Source of the DNA: Neoechinorhynchus agilis
Taxonomy: Eukaryota; Animalia; Acanthocephala
NCBI GenBank assembly: GCA_051530055.1
Contig: CM121342.1
Location: forward strand, 7,136,668-7,200,667
Length of the DNA: 64,000 nt
Direction: 5' to 3'
A model generated the notes under the pieces. The model was not told the origin of the DNA. It saw only the letters and a list, made by a program, of their open reading frames with translations, and made no database searches. This document shows positions 24,887 to 37,972 of the stretch, in pieces (within the stretch, counting starts at the first letter, position 1; each line of letters begins with the position of its first letter). Made by a program: the position numbers and the translations under genes.

Positions 24887-27301
24887 ATGTCAAATTCAAA
24901 ACGACCCCGTGAAGGAGGTGAACAAAGAGATGAAAGTTCCGCACCAATTTTAAAACGCCCGAAATTTGACCGAAGATTGCAACGATGGTATTATACATTC
25001 TCAGTCACGTCGAAGCCAGTGCAATTGGAGATGATGCGTTGCATACTAAGGAATCATTGTACGAATGAGCAACTTAAGGAGCTAAGGGAGACTATTGATT
25101 CTTTGCTCAAATGCGACTTCTTTTCACACCTTCCTCTCGATGTTTGCCTTCGAATTCTCGATTCGTTATCAAACGAGGATCTATTGCGACTTAGTGGAGC
25201 TTCGTATTCCCATCGTCGATTGGTGATGGTTGAAGGTGGAGGATTGTGGCTTGAACGGTATCTGAACCAAAAGTTCGAGTTTTATGCTCCATGGAGTGCA
25301 TGTAGTCGATCTTTGGAACTTTACGATAATCAGTTGCGATCGGCTGTAATGGGCGAAAAGATGTCTTATGGATTAATGGTACGATTAATGGCAGAACGAA
25401 TTTTAAGAACCTCGTGGAAATTCGGAACAGATACGCAGTTGTGAGATGAAGAATTCAAGGATCTTTTTTTGTTTATTATGCGCACGAAGGACATTTCGTT
25501 AGAGTTTTATGTTTTCATTTTTCACAATCTTTATGTGTTATCTCGCTTAGGAATGAGTCTCTTGATCATTCTTTGGCCAAAAAGGACGACTGAGAACGCC
25601 CAGTATCACAACGTTTTTGAATTTCTAAACCGTTTTGAATTATATCTATGATTTACTCTACTTTATCCATGGACACATGCACTTGCTACTTGATCGCGAG
25701 GTTTTGGACGTTCCTTTTAGTTAATAAGAATTATAGAAAGCCAATACTTTTTTCGAACAAAAGTGACTTGAAAAGTGTTCTTACTTTTTTTACGAGCAGA
25801 AATCATTTGCACCACCGTCCCTCTGGATCACTTCGGTGCTTTCCTGGTGTAAGGGTCGAACTCGGATCGCCAGTGATTGGTCTCAGTTTCTTTGGCAATC
25901 ACTTGACCCGAATACCTATTCTTTTTGCGTTCCTCAGCGTCAATTGCTGCTCCGCTCCCCGACTTAATAGAAACCAATTTCATGATTCGTGGAACCATTT
26001 TTTGTGGGTTTTTTTTAAACTTTTTTTTCACATTCAGCCTTTTTTTTGTTTCTCACAACTACTTTAATCCCGATGCGATCAAAGTTCATCCAGCTCACGA
26101 CGAGCACGTGATCACATGTTTGATGTTCGACGGTCGATACACAGTGACCGCATCCGACGATACTCTCATAAGAGTATTTCCGCGCAAACGGGATCCATTC
26201 GCACTTTCCGGTCACCAAGGCGGCGTTTGGTGTGCCGAGTTGCAATATCCGTACATTTTCAGTGGAAGTACCGATCGAAGCGTAAAGGTTTGGCATATTC
26301 CTACCCGAAGATGTATTTCCAGCTTAAGAGGACACGTTTCAACTGTTCGATGTCTCAAGACTGGGATTCCATGGGGAAAGCACTGGATTGTGACTGGGAG
26401 TCGAGATCAGACCATACGAGTATGGCAATTGATACTTGGGACAAACCAAGACAACAGGTATTTAGTGTATACTTCTGCCTATTGCCTCCATGTATTGACC
26501 GGTCACATTGGAGCGGTAAGATGTCTCGGTATGAGTAGTGAATATATTGTAAGTGGAGCATATGACAACGACGTACGGATTTGGAAGATTGATCAAGACA
26601 TGGTTCGAACTTATTCAGTGCTTAGAGGACATACCAACCGCGTCTACTGTCTACAATTCAATGGAACAATGATTGTGAGTGGTTCAATGGATGCGACGAT
26701 ACGGCTATGGGATGTTGCTGATGGAACATGTCTTCATGTTCTATCTGGCCATGACTCTCTTATAAGCCATCTTCTATTAATCGGTCGTCATTTATTCAGC
26801 TGTAACGCTGATAAAACTGTAAAGCTTTGGAATGTCGAAACCGGAACTAACATTTACACCCTAGATGGACCTAATGCACACACGGCTTGTGTAACCTCAG
26901 TAGCCGTCAATCGAGCGTTTGTGCTTACTTGTGCTGATGATGGAAAACTAAAGCTATGGGATGGGAAAACAGGGATATTCATTAGAGATCTTTATCAGAT
27001 ACAAGCCCAAGATGCTCCAGGATCTATGTGGTCAGTTCTTTGTACCGAATCAAGAGTGATTTGTGTTGGTGGAAGTCGTGGTGCTCGTGATGACTCTTGT
27101 ATTATCGATGTGGACCTCAGTTCGGACGCCAAAGCTTATCTAGAAAATCAAGGACTCGTGGAAGATACAAAGAAACGAAATGTCGATATGTCCTTTTTAC
27201 CGTGCCCCATTCAAGACGAGGAAAAGAGTTTGTGGATGGAAGATCCACTTTGTTGGCTTATTGGACCGCTAGCCCAAAATGACCCACTCTTCACTCTCTA
27301 A
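24887..27301 (+). CDS. FBXW7: F-box/WD40 protein of the FBXW7/Sel-10/Archipelago type; two coding blocks separated by insert 25438-26059
   Basis: F-box DFFSHLPLDVCLRILDSL; WD repeats HDEHVITCL, GHQGGVW, GSTDRSVKVW, GHVSTVRC, GSRDQTIRVW, GAYD, GHTNRVY, GPNAHTACVT follow FBXW7 order. Confidence 0.87.
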
Positions 27302-27794
27302 ACTAACAACAACAACAACAGTAATGTGTGTACTCTACCAAAAAAATCCAATCATTCAAAAAACAACAACAAAATTCCCATTTTTTGCGTTTGAGACACT
27401 CATTACCCCCTATTGGGACTCGAAGAAGATAACCGTCCTAAATGCCGCTGCATGAGCCCAAAAACTAATCTGTCAAAAAACCAAAAATCAGCCTAAAAAT
27501 GTTGAACATATTATTTTAAATCACAAAGTATTCCAAAATGTAACCGCGCGCGCGCGTGTGTGTGTGGACGTGCACACCAGCTCTTGTTTTTTCTTGATTC
27601 AGGCACATTTTGTTTACCAACGATTGTATAAACGAGTGCCATCATTTCTATAGTTTGAATCTCAACTTTCTGCACCAGAAAAGCCCCAAGTATTTTGATA
27701 GTTGGTTCGGTAATCTTTTTATATAAGCAAACTTCTTCATCTTCCTAGAATTTCATATATAATTTGCACGCTATTTCCTCCAAGCTTACATTTT

Positions 27795-28595
27795 TCAGTG
27801 CCACGGTCAATAATCGCGTGGAAGCACCTTTTATGGAATACAAAAATGTTGTCGATTTCGGATATCCGAACTTGAAATGAACCTGAGGAAAGACCAACCT
27901 TCCAAGCGCTCCTACAAAGAATAACCACCATTTCCCACCCGGACGGACTCGTAATCCAGTCCAAAATCAATAGCCAAATTCATTCGAGTGTTCATGAGGG
28001 CCCAAAGGGAGACTTGGCTCCACTTCTTCTTTGTGAATCAACAAATAAAACGTGTTATTATTACAGTGCCACGGTCAATAATCGCGTGGAAGCACCTTTT
28101 ATGGAATACAAAAATGTTGTCGATTTCGGATATCCGAACTTGAAATGAACCTGAGGAAAGACCAATCTTCCAAACGCTCCTACAAACAATAACCACCATT
28201 TCCCACCCGAACGGATTCGTAATCCAGTCCAAAATCAATAGCCAGATTCATCCGAGTGTTCATGAGGACCCAAAAGGGAGATTTGGCTCCTCTTTTTTGT
28301 GAATCAACAAATAAAACGTGTTATTATTACAGTGCCATAGTCAATAATCGCGTGGAAGCACCTTTTATAGAATACAAAAATGTTGTCGATTTCAGATATC
28401 AGAACTTGAAATGAACCTGAGGAAAGACCAACCTTCCAAACGCTCCTACAAACAATAACCACCATTTCCCACCCGAACGGATTCGTAATCCAGTCCAAAA
28501 TCGATAGCCAGATTAATTCGAGTGTTCATGAGGGCCCAAAGGGGGGACTCTGCTCCTCTTCTTTGTGCCGTAATAAATAAAAACGTGTTATTTTT
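27795..28595. repeat. Tandem triplication, ~267-bp unit
   Basis: cagtgcca(c/t)(g/a)gtcaataatcgcgtggaagcacc at 27796, 28064, 28330. Confidence 0.93.
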
Positions 28596-28722
28596 ATAGC
28601 TCCATCTTGTCGATGAATAATCGCACGAAATTTTCGCTTCGTCTACTTTGAAAAGGTAGGTTTTGCTTGCCATAAAACAACGCATCACACATTTGAACAG
28701 AAACTTGGTCTCCGTATAAAGG

Positions 28723-29129
28723 ATGACAGATTCCAATTATTCTGAGAATAAAGGTCGGGATTCGGTTATAGAAAGAACCGCTAGACGTATACCTGTAACG
28801 TTTATTGACTGCGAACCATCACCTGTTGCCGGACGCTCCATTTCGCTAACATTTAAAGTAATACCAGAGAACAGGTTCTTTTATGTAAAAACTATAAGTA
28901 GACAAACGATGGAAAAACTCACAAAACAAAACAATATTCCATCAAGCGGAGGGGAAAATTTCCGAATTGTACCAACTGGATCTCATACGGCTAATTCGAG
29001 CGATTCGAAACCTCAAATGTTAAGCGAATCGTATCAGTCGAAGGTTGTTATAATACCGACCGGAGCTTTTGAATCGAAAACCCGATATCCTTATTATTAC
29101 ATTCCAATACACTTTCAATCAAGTCATCG
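28723..29129 (+). CDS. Probable first coding exon of an unidentified gene
   Basis: 136-codon ATG-initiated ORF ending at a consensus donor cg|gtgagt (29130); a possible downstream microexon near 29410-29438 also ends in gtgagt; no recognisable domain. Confidence 0.35.
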
Positions 29130-29853
29130 GTGAGTACGAGTATGATAAATAAACTTTTATGGTCCCTTTCTTTGTTTTCTCGTATAAACAGACGATTTTG
29201 TAGAAAATATTTTGGCTCCCCATTAAGAATTCTATATATCTTCAATCGCTAGCTGGATGTTCACATGTTCGATCAATGACATTAAAACTTCCGCGATGTC
29301 ATCTACAAAAATCAGGGGTTATAATAATAACATGTTTATTTCTTAATCCAAAAAGAATGGGACTCGAGTTCCGATTTGTTCAATTAATGTGGTTTGTTGA
29401 TTTTGGAGAGGGCAAGTGGATGATTATTCGCGTCGAGGTGAGTTTGTGAGGTTGGATCTTTCCTCCTTTTCATTTCGGTTGATGGTATGGAGAAATGAGA
29501 GGGATAGGATGAAATGAATTGGGATTACGAGTGTTTTGCTCATGTGAAAAGGGGACGACTTTATAGTTATTGTTTTTAGAGGCACTTTTTCGAAAGTATA
29601 ACGAATTATTCGTCTTAATTGTCGAGTCCGAATTGACACCTTGTGAATGTGAACGATACATTTTAAGTTTTAGTTTGTTTTATGTCATTATTTTAGTTTA
29701 TCCCTTCTTGTCCGGCATTAGAGACTTCTCTACTGTATAATTGGTTTGGCATCTAAAAATTAAATGATGACATGAGTCAAGCGTTGGACGCAAGGAAGAT
29801 AACACGATTTGACAAATAAAAGATTTCCTGGTTATCTCTTAACCAACGATTCC

Positions 29854-31889
29854 TTATTTTTTACGTCCACGTTTCTTGAACGTCCGCATTGACTTCATAG
29901 TGAAAGTAACACACAATTCATCCATGATTTTCATCAGATCTTTTTTACTCATTTTCAAATGAGCATTTACAACAGCATGAAATTCTTCAATGTCGACTGG
30001 TTCGTACATGAGAATCTTCCTGTACCACACGGAATCGATTTTACATCTAATCGTGTCAACTAATGCCGTTCGTCTTTGTTCCAGACTTCCACTTTTATCT
30101 TCATGAACGCTCGATTCCAACAAGAACGACATTTCTGCTACAGAAGCTCGCAGTTCGCGTCGATGCACCGACGATTGCTTCTTGTTGTGGTTAAAAACAT
30201 AATCAGATCGCTCGTTTCGTGGGACGTGAGTTCCCATAAATACCTCTTTAAGCTTCGCTATCATCTTAACTCGCGTAAATGGTTTTAGACCAAACTTTGC
30301 CATTTCAGCTTTTAACTGATCAATACTCATCGATTCGAAATCCGGCATTGGGCTTTCGATTATAGACGTCTCGGCCGTTGTCAATTGCTTCGTTGGAGTG
30401 AAAGATCGAATGGGAGTTGATGTTAAATGACAGGATTGAGGGATTAACGGCGGTGAATCATCGCTGACTTTTACTATAGACCGCGTTGAATTGTGGTGGA
30501 AAGACTCACATTCACGGAAATCGATCCATACATCGTGGTCGTCCTCGTTTCTCGTCTCATCAATGACAATCATGCTCAAAGATTCTTTATCGTGTATTAA
30601 ATTAAAATCAGACTTTTCTTGAATACTCAGATTCACCGCTTGTTCGCATATGGATACTGTTGATTCAATACGCTCCGAAATTTCATGTAATTACCAATGT
30701 CCAAAATTCGTTTTAGTCGTAAGAAAAAGACGATTGGTACGAAATATTCTAATTAAATCCGTCTCACTTAAATTTTGGACAAAAGGTATTATAATTGTTG
30801 TTCACTACTTGAAATGGAATTCAGCAGATTTTTTTCAATTTTTTTGATAGGCGAAGTGCGCGAAATGTCCGATATTCCAAGATCGAAGGGCGTAAGATTT
30901 AGTGAAATCAACTCGTGGCGATGTTCAAAAAGTTCATTCGCTTCCACGGGACTACAAACGAGACCTAAAGATTTCTCCAGTCTCTCATCTCCAAGATGTT
31001 CATAAGTAAGTTCATTTTTTTCGTTGTCCATTGGAGGTTTTTGATCAGATCGACATTCTTTATTGTCGAAACTTTTGACGCTTCCATCAATGCCAATTAA
31101 TTCTATTTCATTATTGACAAAATCCTTCTTATAATCAGGAGTAAGGTTCGCCTGTTCAGCACCATCTACTTTGATTTCTTGTGAAAGACCGCAAAATCTC
31201 CGATCTAAACTGTCCAAAATATTGACAGGATCACATTGTGATGCTTTGGACCACCATCTTGTAGGCGTTCTTGGAATGCGACTAATTTTACCATTATCAC
31301 ACAAATCATCCTCAGCTGTCAGGATTTCAGTCAAAATCCGAGCAGCCGGACTATCGTGTTCAGTTTGAGCTTGATGAAGCTCACAATTAACGGTTGATGG
31401 CCGTTTTCGTGATCGCTGGAATGTCGCGATATCCTCATCTGCCAATCCTTGCTTTCTAATTACGGCTACCATCGTCTTAGGATGAATCCGATTCCGTTTT
31501 CCACAAGATCTCTCATGTTCAAGAATCTGAAGAAATGCTCCTCCACAAAACGAGCATACACTCAATTTCTCAGCATCATTCACATTTAGACATTTGTCAA
31601 CATGCAATTGACGGGCATTCAGACTAAATGAACTCAAGTCCCGCTTACAAATTGGACAGGTTATTTTCTCAGCAACAACACCGTATTTTGTGATCTGATG
31701 ATCGCTTCTGAAGTGTTTCAACGACTCAAACTTACCCTTACGACCTGATCTTTTCGTCCTTATCGACTTACTCTCATGTTTCGTCGTAGTTTCCGTCTCA
31801 AGTGTTGTTGACCGATGAGAAACTTTAACTTTTTTCTTCATCCGGTCAGTGATGTCGTTGAAATCGACGAATTCGGAATCGGACGACAT
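29854..31889 (-). CDS. SLX4: SLX4-like structure-specific endonuclease scaffold; two coding blocks separated by insert 30690-30791
   Basis: N-terminal UBZ4-like CPICKRDL...RQLHVDKC; SAP-like PMPDFESMSIDQLKAEMAKFGLKP..KMIAKLKEVF..TH; SLX1-binding WYRKILMYEPVDIEEF...LCVTFT. Confidence 0.85.
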
Positions 31890-32659
31890 CTAAAATGTTT
31901 TGTGATTTACTCATAAAAAACCCAACCCTTTCTTTAGCCCATTATAATACAAGAAACTCAGTATGAATATTCAATGGTAAACTTGAAAAACGTTTTGAAT
32001 ATACTTCTTTTTTTAATGAAATTGTGGGTAAAATTGAAATCTCATCAACAAGAAAATGATCGTTCTTAAACAATCTCAAAAAACATCTAAAGAAAACGAT
32101 TTTTTCATGTGTCCAATCTTGACATTTACGATAAAAAGTTTCTTAAACTCATTTCTCACAAAGGAAATGACGTTTTCCCATTAAGTTTTGCTTTCGAAAA
32201 CGGACTTTGGGCTTCCTAAGGAATTCATGGAAAGTTTAAGGTTCCCCCGTCTTACGCTTCCTTTAAGAATCTACACAAAGTATGGAAAGTTCTTGGGCTT
32301 CATTGGCTTTGGATGAAGTAGCATTTCATGAGATTAAGACACCTATTAAGAATGCTCTCGTACACCATTAACAAACCGGCAATGAATTTAAAAAAATCAA
32401 CCGCTAAACTCACTTAACTGATCATTTGGTTCCAGTATTCACGATGTCCTTAGATGCATGGATTCTGTACTTTGAACAATAAAACGTGTTGGCGATGAGA
32501 AGAATAGATATTAAATTCATTAATTCAAAAATATTTGCTACGTTTAGTCGGACTTCTTCAGCAGGTTTCTACAATTTAAGCTCATGTCTAAACAAGAAAC
32601 CTGAAAATCAGATTGAGAATTAATAAATCTAATATCTATTCTTCTATATAAATGAAGAA

Positions 32660-33725
32660 TATACGAAGATTTGGGAATATTTAAGTGGTAGAAAACTTAT
32701 TTTCTTTGGTGCTCAGAAGGAAGCTTCAAATTAATATAAAATAAAAATTTAGGCCTTTTTTTGTTTCCGATGAGGAACAATTAAACAAAATCTTCGGGTT
32801 AACTTTTTGTGTATTTAACAATGATCAGGTTCTTAAATCTTTTCAAAAAAGAAATACGAAGATTTGGGAATATTTAAATGGTAGAAAACTTATTTCCTTT
32901 GGTGCTCAGAAGGAGGCTTCAATCTCAAATAAATTTTTGGCCATTTTTTGTTAGATGATTGAAACCCCAAATAAATCTCAGAGTTAACTTTTTGTGTATT
33001 TAACAATAATCAGGTTCTTAAATCTTTTCAAAAAAAGAAATACGAAGATTTGGGAATATTTAAATGGTAGAAAACTTATTTTCTTTGGTGCTCAGAAGGA
33101 GGCTTCAATCTCAAATAAATTTTTGGCCATTTTTTGTTAGATGATTGAAACCCGGGTTTTCCCGTTGAGGAACAATTAAACAAAATCTTCGGGTTAACTT
33201 TTTGTGTATTTAACAATGATCAGGTTCTTAAATCTTTTCAAAAAATACGAAGATTTGGGAATATTTAAATGGTAGAAAACTTATTTTCTTTGGTGCTCAG
33301 AAGGAGGCTTCAATCTCAAATAAATTTTAGGCCATTTTTTGTTAGATGATTGAAACCCGGGTTTTCCCGTTGAGGAACAATTAAACAAAATCTTCGGGTT
33401 AACTTTTTGTGTATTTAACAATGATCAGGTTCTTAAATCTTTTCAAAAAAGAAATACGAAGATTTGGGAATATTTAAATGGTAGAAAACTTATTTTCTTT
33501 GGTGCTCAGAAGGAGGCTTCAATCTCAAATAAATTTTAGGCCATTTTTTGTTAGATGATTGAAAACCCTTTTTTCCGTTGAGGAACAATTAAACAAAATC
33601 TTCGAGTTAACTTTTTGTGTATTTAACAACGATCAGGTTCCTAAATCTTTTCAAAAAAAGGAAATACGAAGATTTGGGAATATTTAAATGGCAGAAAACT
33701 TATTTTCTTTGGTGCTCAGAAGGAG
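32660..33725 (+). repeat. Satellite E left array, ~190-210-bp unit, ~6 copies
   Basis: gaagatttgggaatatttaa at 32665, 32858, 33044, 33249, 33458, 33668. Confidence 0.95.
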
Positions 33726-34604
33726 GTTTTGAAGCTCAAGTGTTCATTTTTAAATTTAATGCGTCCTGGAGAATTTCTATTATCATCTCATCAAAAAATT
33801 GATTGCAAATAAAATCATTTTAATTTCTTTGCCAAGAAAACAACCTGATTTAAAAAAAAGAATTTGGAAAACAATATTGATCAAAGCAGAAATGGTCAAC
33901 AAAAAGTTTTCATGATTTTGTTTATGAAAAACAGATAGAAGCACACAACATCGTGAGTATAAAAGGACCCCTCGATACGTTCACTCAATGATTAATCGCG
34001 TCGGATTCGTTTGGTCCGTTTCGTAAACACTCGGTCCTTTTTACGTCATTAATTTGAATTCTTCCTGATCGTAACACTTCGGTACTTCTTCATTTATCCG
34101 CCGTCAAATGGTTTATTGTTCCGATCATTTGTCCTTGAGTTTTTGTTTCGGAAATCTATGAATGCCATCAAATAGCCGCCGTATTCTTACACGTTTTCGT
34201 GATTGGACTTTACCAATATTGATTTAATAGATTTTTTGTTTTAAAATAATGATCTTGATGAACTGCCATTTGTCACGGCGGTGTCTCTTCTAAAATGTCC
34301 GTGATTTAAACGTCATTTCGACGAATTCTTCCCGATCGTCCGGTCAACGTCGTCTCGACGTAATCATCTTTCAAGTTTGAAACCTGCGTCTTTCATCGGG
34401 TTTTGAAAATTTTCATTTTTCCAAAGTTAGCGATTTTGTTTGGTTCCTGATCTTTTTTGTATTTCGAAATGTCCGTAGAAATTGCGGTTTTCACTAAGAA
34501 CGAGGAATAACATTTTGGAGATGAGTGGTATCTTCAACTCAGGGATTATTAGGGATTTTAATCTTGTCCTGGCCACAGTATCTCTTTTCTCGAAGATTTA
34601 TTTC

Positions 34605-35425
34605 TTTTGTTCCTCAACGGAAAGATTGCAAAAAAATGGCCAAAAATTTATTTGAGATTGAAGTCTCCTTCTGAGCACCAAAGAAAATAAGTTTTCTGCC
34701 ATTTAAATATTCCCAAATCTTCGTATTTCTTTTTTTGAAAAGATTTAAGAACCTGATCATTGTTAAATACACAAAAGTTAACTCGAAGATTTATTTGGGG
34801 TTTCAATCATCTAACAAAAAATGGCCAAAAATTTATTTGAAATTTAAGCCTCCTTCTGAGCACCAAAGAAAATAAGTTTTCTGCCATTTAAATATTCCCA
34901 AATCTTCGTATTTCTTTTTTGAAAAGATTTAAGAACCTGATCATTGTTAAATACACAAAAAGTTAACCCGAAGATTTATTTCGTTTGTTCCTTAACGAAA
35001 AGCCGGTTTTCAATCATCTAACAAAAAATGGCCAAAAATTTATTTGAAATTTAAGCCTCCTTCTGAGCACCAAAGAAAATAAGTTTTCTACCATTTAAAT
35101 ATTCCCAAATCTTCGTATTTCTTTTTTTGAAAAGATTTAAGAACCTGATCATTGTTAAATACACAAAAAGTTAACTCGAACATTTATTTTAATTGTTCCT
35201 CAACGGAAAAAAAGGGTTTTCAATCATCTAACAAAAAAAGGCCTAAAATTTATTTGAAATTGAGGTCTCCTTCTGAGCACCAAAGAAAATAAGTTTTCTA
35301 CCATTTAAATATTTCCAAATCTTCGTATTTCTTTTTTTGAAAAGATTTAAGAACCTGATCATTGTTAAATACACAAAAAGTTAACTCGAACATTTATTTT
35401 AATTGTTCCTCAACGGAAAACCCGG
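34605..35425 (-). repeat. Satellite E right array, same family in inverted orientation, ~4 copies
   Basis: tattcccaaatcttcgtatttc and ttctgagcaccaaagaaaataag are reverse complements of the left-array unit. Confidence 0.95.
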
Positions 35426-35499
35426 TTTGGAATCTTTTTTTAAATCCAAAAAAGATCCATAATTTTGCCTCGAATCTCTCACCTAAAAAACATTATTAG

Positions 35500-37026
35500 A
35501 TGAACGCACCACCGATCGTAAATTCTGGAGATTTGATGAGAAGCGGCCACCGTCGTCGAGTTGCCTATTTCTACGATCCAGTGATAGGAAACTTCTACTA
35601 CGGACAAGGCCATCCAATGAAACCCCACCGCATTCGTATGACTCACAATTTAGTGCTCAACTACAAACTTTATCGGCATCTGAGCTGTTACCGGCCTCGT
35701 CCAGCAACGTTCCAAGAAATGAACAAATTTCACGGCGACGAGTATTTAGGTTTTCTTCGTAGTATAACCGTGGACAGCATAAACGACATTCCACGTCAAC
35801 TTCAGCGATTCAACGTTGGTGAGGACTGCCCCGTGTTTGAGGGTTTATATGAGTTTTGTCAGATATCCGCCGGTGGGAGTGTTGCTGGTGCCAGGAAGCT
35901 CAATAATCAATCTGCGGACGTTGCGATCAATTGGGCTGGAGGAATGCATCACGCAAAAAAGAGCGAATCTTCAGGATTTTGTTACGTTAACGATATTGCT
36001 TTAGCCATTATTGAACTATTGAAACAACATCAACGAGTTTTATACGTGGACATTGACGTTCATCACGGAGATGGAGTCGAGGAAGCTTTTTATACGACCG
36101 ATCGAGTAATGACGGTTTCATTTCACAAATATGGCGAGTATTTTCCTGGTACGGGGGATTTTAAAGACAATGGAGCTGGAAAAGGGAAGTTTCACGCATT
36201 GAACGTGCCTCTTAGAGATGGAATCGACGATGAAACTTACGCTATGGTATTTCAGGCAATCATGGATAGAGTGATGGAAACTTATCAACCGGGTGCAGTT
36301 GTTCTTCAATGTGGATCCGATTCTTTGACTGGCGATCGATTAGGATGTTTTAATCTAAGTCTTAAAGGTCATGGTCATTGTATTACGTATATGATGAAGT
36401 TTCAAAAACCTTTATTGATCGTGGGAGGAGGTGGATACACGATAAGGAATGTCGCTCGATGTTGGGCTTACGAGACTGGAATCGCGGCTGGAATCGAAGT
36501 GCCCGATCGTATTCCATACAACGATTACTACGAATATTTCAGTCCTGATTTCAAACTGCACATTACTCCTTCGAATATGACAAACCAAAATGATCGAAGA
36601 TACTTGGGTAACATTCAAGAAAAGTTGTTTGAGTATTTGAGACGAGTTGGTCCCGCTCCGAGTGTTCCCATCCAAGATATCGACGATTCGGATGGAGTGA
36701 ACACGATCGCAGAAGAGATGATGGAATATGAAACAAATGCAATTGATGATCTCGATCCTGACAGTAGACGAAACCAGCGAATGGTTGATATGAGAATTAG
36801 ACAAGATGAAGAAATTGACGAGTCGGACGATGACGATGAGACTGAACAAAATGTTCGTAGTTATGAAGACGATGACGACGACGATGAGAGTAGCAGTAAT
36901 GAAACCAAAAGACCACGGTTAGATGACGAACAAGGAACTCAAGGAATCGAAGAGAACATTGCTTCATTGTGTGTTGGTGAACATGAAATGGATGTGGACG
37001 ATGAGGAATCGATAGACGATGAATAA
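35500..37026 (+). CDS. HDAC1: Class I histone deacetylase (Rpd3/HDAC1/2), intronless, acidic tail
   Basis: [90 protein letters not shown]. Confidence 0.96.
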   Translation: MNAPPIVNSGDLMRSGHRRRVAYFYDPVIGNFYYGQGHPMKPHRIRMTHNLVLNYKLYRHLSCYRPRPATFQEMNKFHGDEYLGFLRSITVDSINDIPRQLQRFNVGEDCPVFEGLYEFCQISAGGSVAGARKLNNQSADVAINWAGGMHHAKKSESSGFCYVNDIALAIIELLKQHQRVLYVDIDVHHGDGVEEAFYTTDRVMTVSFHKYGEYFPGTGDFKDNGAGKGKFHALNVPLRDGIDDETYAMVFQAIMDRVMETYQPGAVVLQCGSDSLTGDRLGCFNLSLKGHGHCITYMMKFQKPLLIVGGGGYTIRNVARCWAYETGIAAGIEVPDRIPYNDYYEYFSPDFKLHITPSNMTNQNDRRYLGNIQEKLFEYLRRVGPAPSVPIQDIDDSDGVNTIAEEMMEYETNAIDDLDPDSRRNQRMVDMRIRQDEEIDESDDDDETEQNVRSYEDDDDDDESSSNETKRPRLDDEQGTQGIEENIASLCVGEHEMDVDDEESIDDE

Positions 37027-37972
37027 ACGAAAAAATGAACGCAATTTTTACAATATGTTGTGTACTAATTAAAAAGGAAAATGTTTGGGGGAACAAACTG
37101 ATTTTTTGTGCTACCAAATATTTACATCGATTTATGGAGAATCTTAAAGCCTTCAACACCGGAAATAAGAGGTAGTTTCAGACTTTTTCTTTATTATAAT
37201 AACGTGTTTATTTGATAATTAACAAAGAAAAGGACCCGGGTGTCTTTAGGTCCTCGTTAGAATTTTTTTCTTAGGTAAGTTGACTATGGTTAGTAGAAAT
37301 TGTTTTTGTTCCGTTAGTTGATTTTGATTGGTTAATTTTGTAGTTGGCCACGCGATTGTTGTAAGTGTGAGTAAAAGGAGAAATGTGTGTGGTAGAGATC
37401 GAAGAGGACGAAGAAAATGAAGGCGCTTTGAGTACTTTTGAAAGATTAGAGCGAGATGGTTTTCTCATGAAATGAACTCGGAAGAGCATATTAGAGCGTA
37501 TCATCACATTTGAAGATCACGCACGGCTTTGAGTTTCCGGTGATGAACGTGCGGAGTGAATGAACAATCGCCTTTGCGCCATAGGGCGAAGCAGCATCCC
37601 TACTTTTTCAAAAACAAAAAAAGCGAGTAAGTTCTTTTGACGAAAATTTTACTCTGTGTCCTGGAGCCTGACCACCGCCGAAACTCAAATCGGTCGCTTG
37701 CTGGACGCGCTTCTTCGAAGCTCGCTCCTTCGATACGATCCCTTATATTTTATCATCGAAATCAGAAGTGAAGATGGCAATCTCCTCTTTTGCTAACGGA
37801 TCAGCTCCCAGGCGATAAATGTATTCAATCAATCTTCATCTCTCGACAATTAACACGCTTTCCACCTCCCGCCGAATTCCAGCTTTTGTCCTTCCTCGAC
37901 CGTCGCCATCACGCTGGCAGCGTACTCTTAAAACCCCTAGGAAAAACCGTTTTTTCTTCCAAAAGGTTAAAT

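Noticed and set aside
34300-34400. PKI-like peptide (VETT..GRSGRIRRN..DIL) on the minus strand in the core of the inverted arrays
   Set aside because: Contains an in-frame stop, an insertion in the motif and no start codon.
35816-37159. Short overlapping ORFs within HDAC1 (also those within EF-Tu, FBXW7 and peroxidasin)
   Set aside because: Alternative-frame or antisense shadows with no motifs.
37480-37910. Small minus-strand gene downstream of RPL23
   Set aside because: A plausible GT-AG intron and acceptor exist, but no consistent ORF or recognisable product could be assembled.
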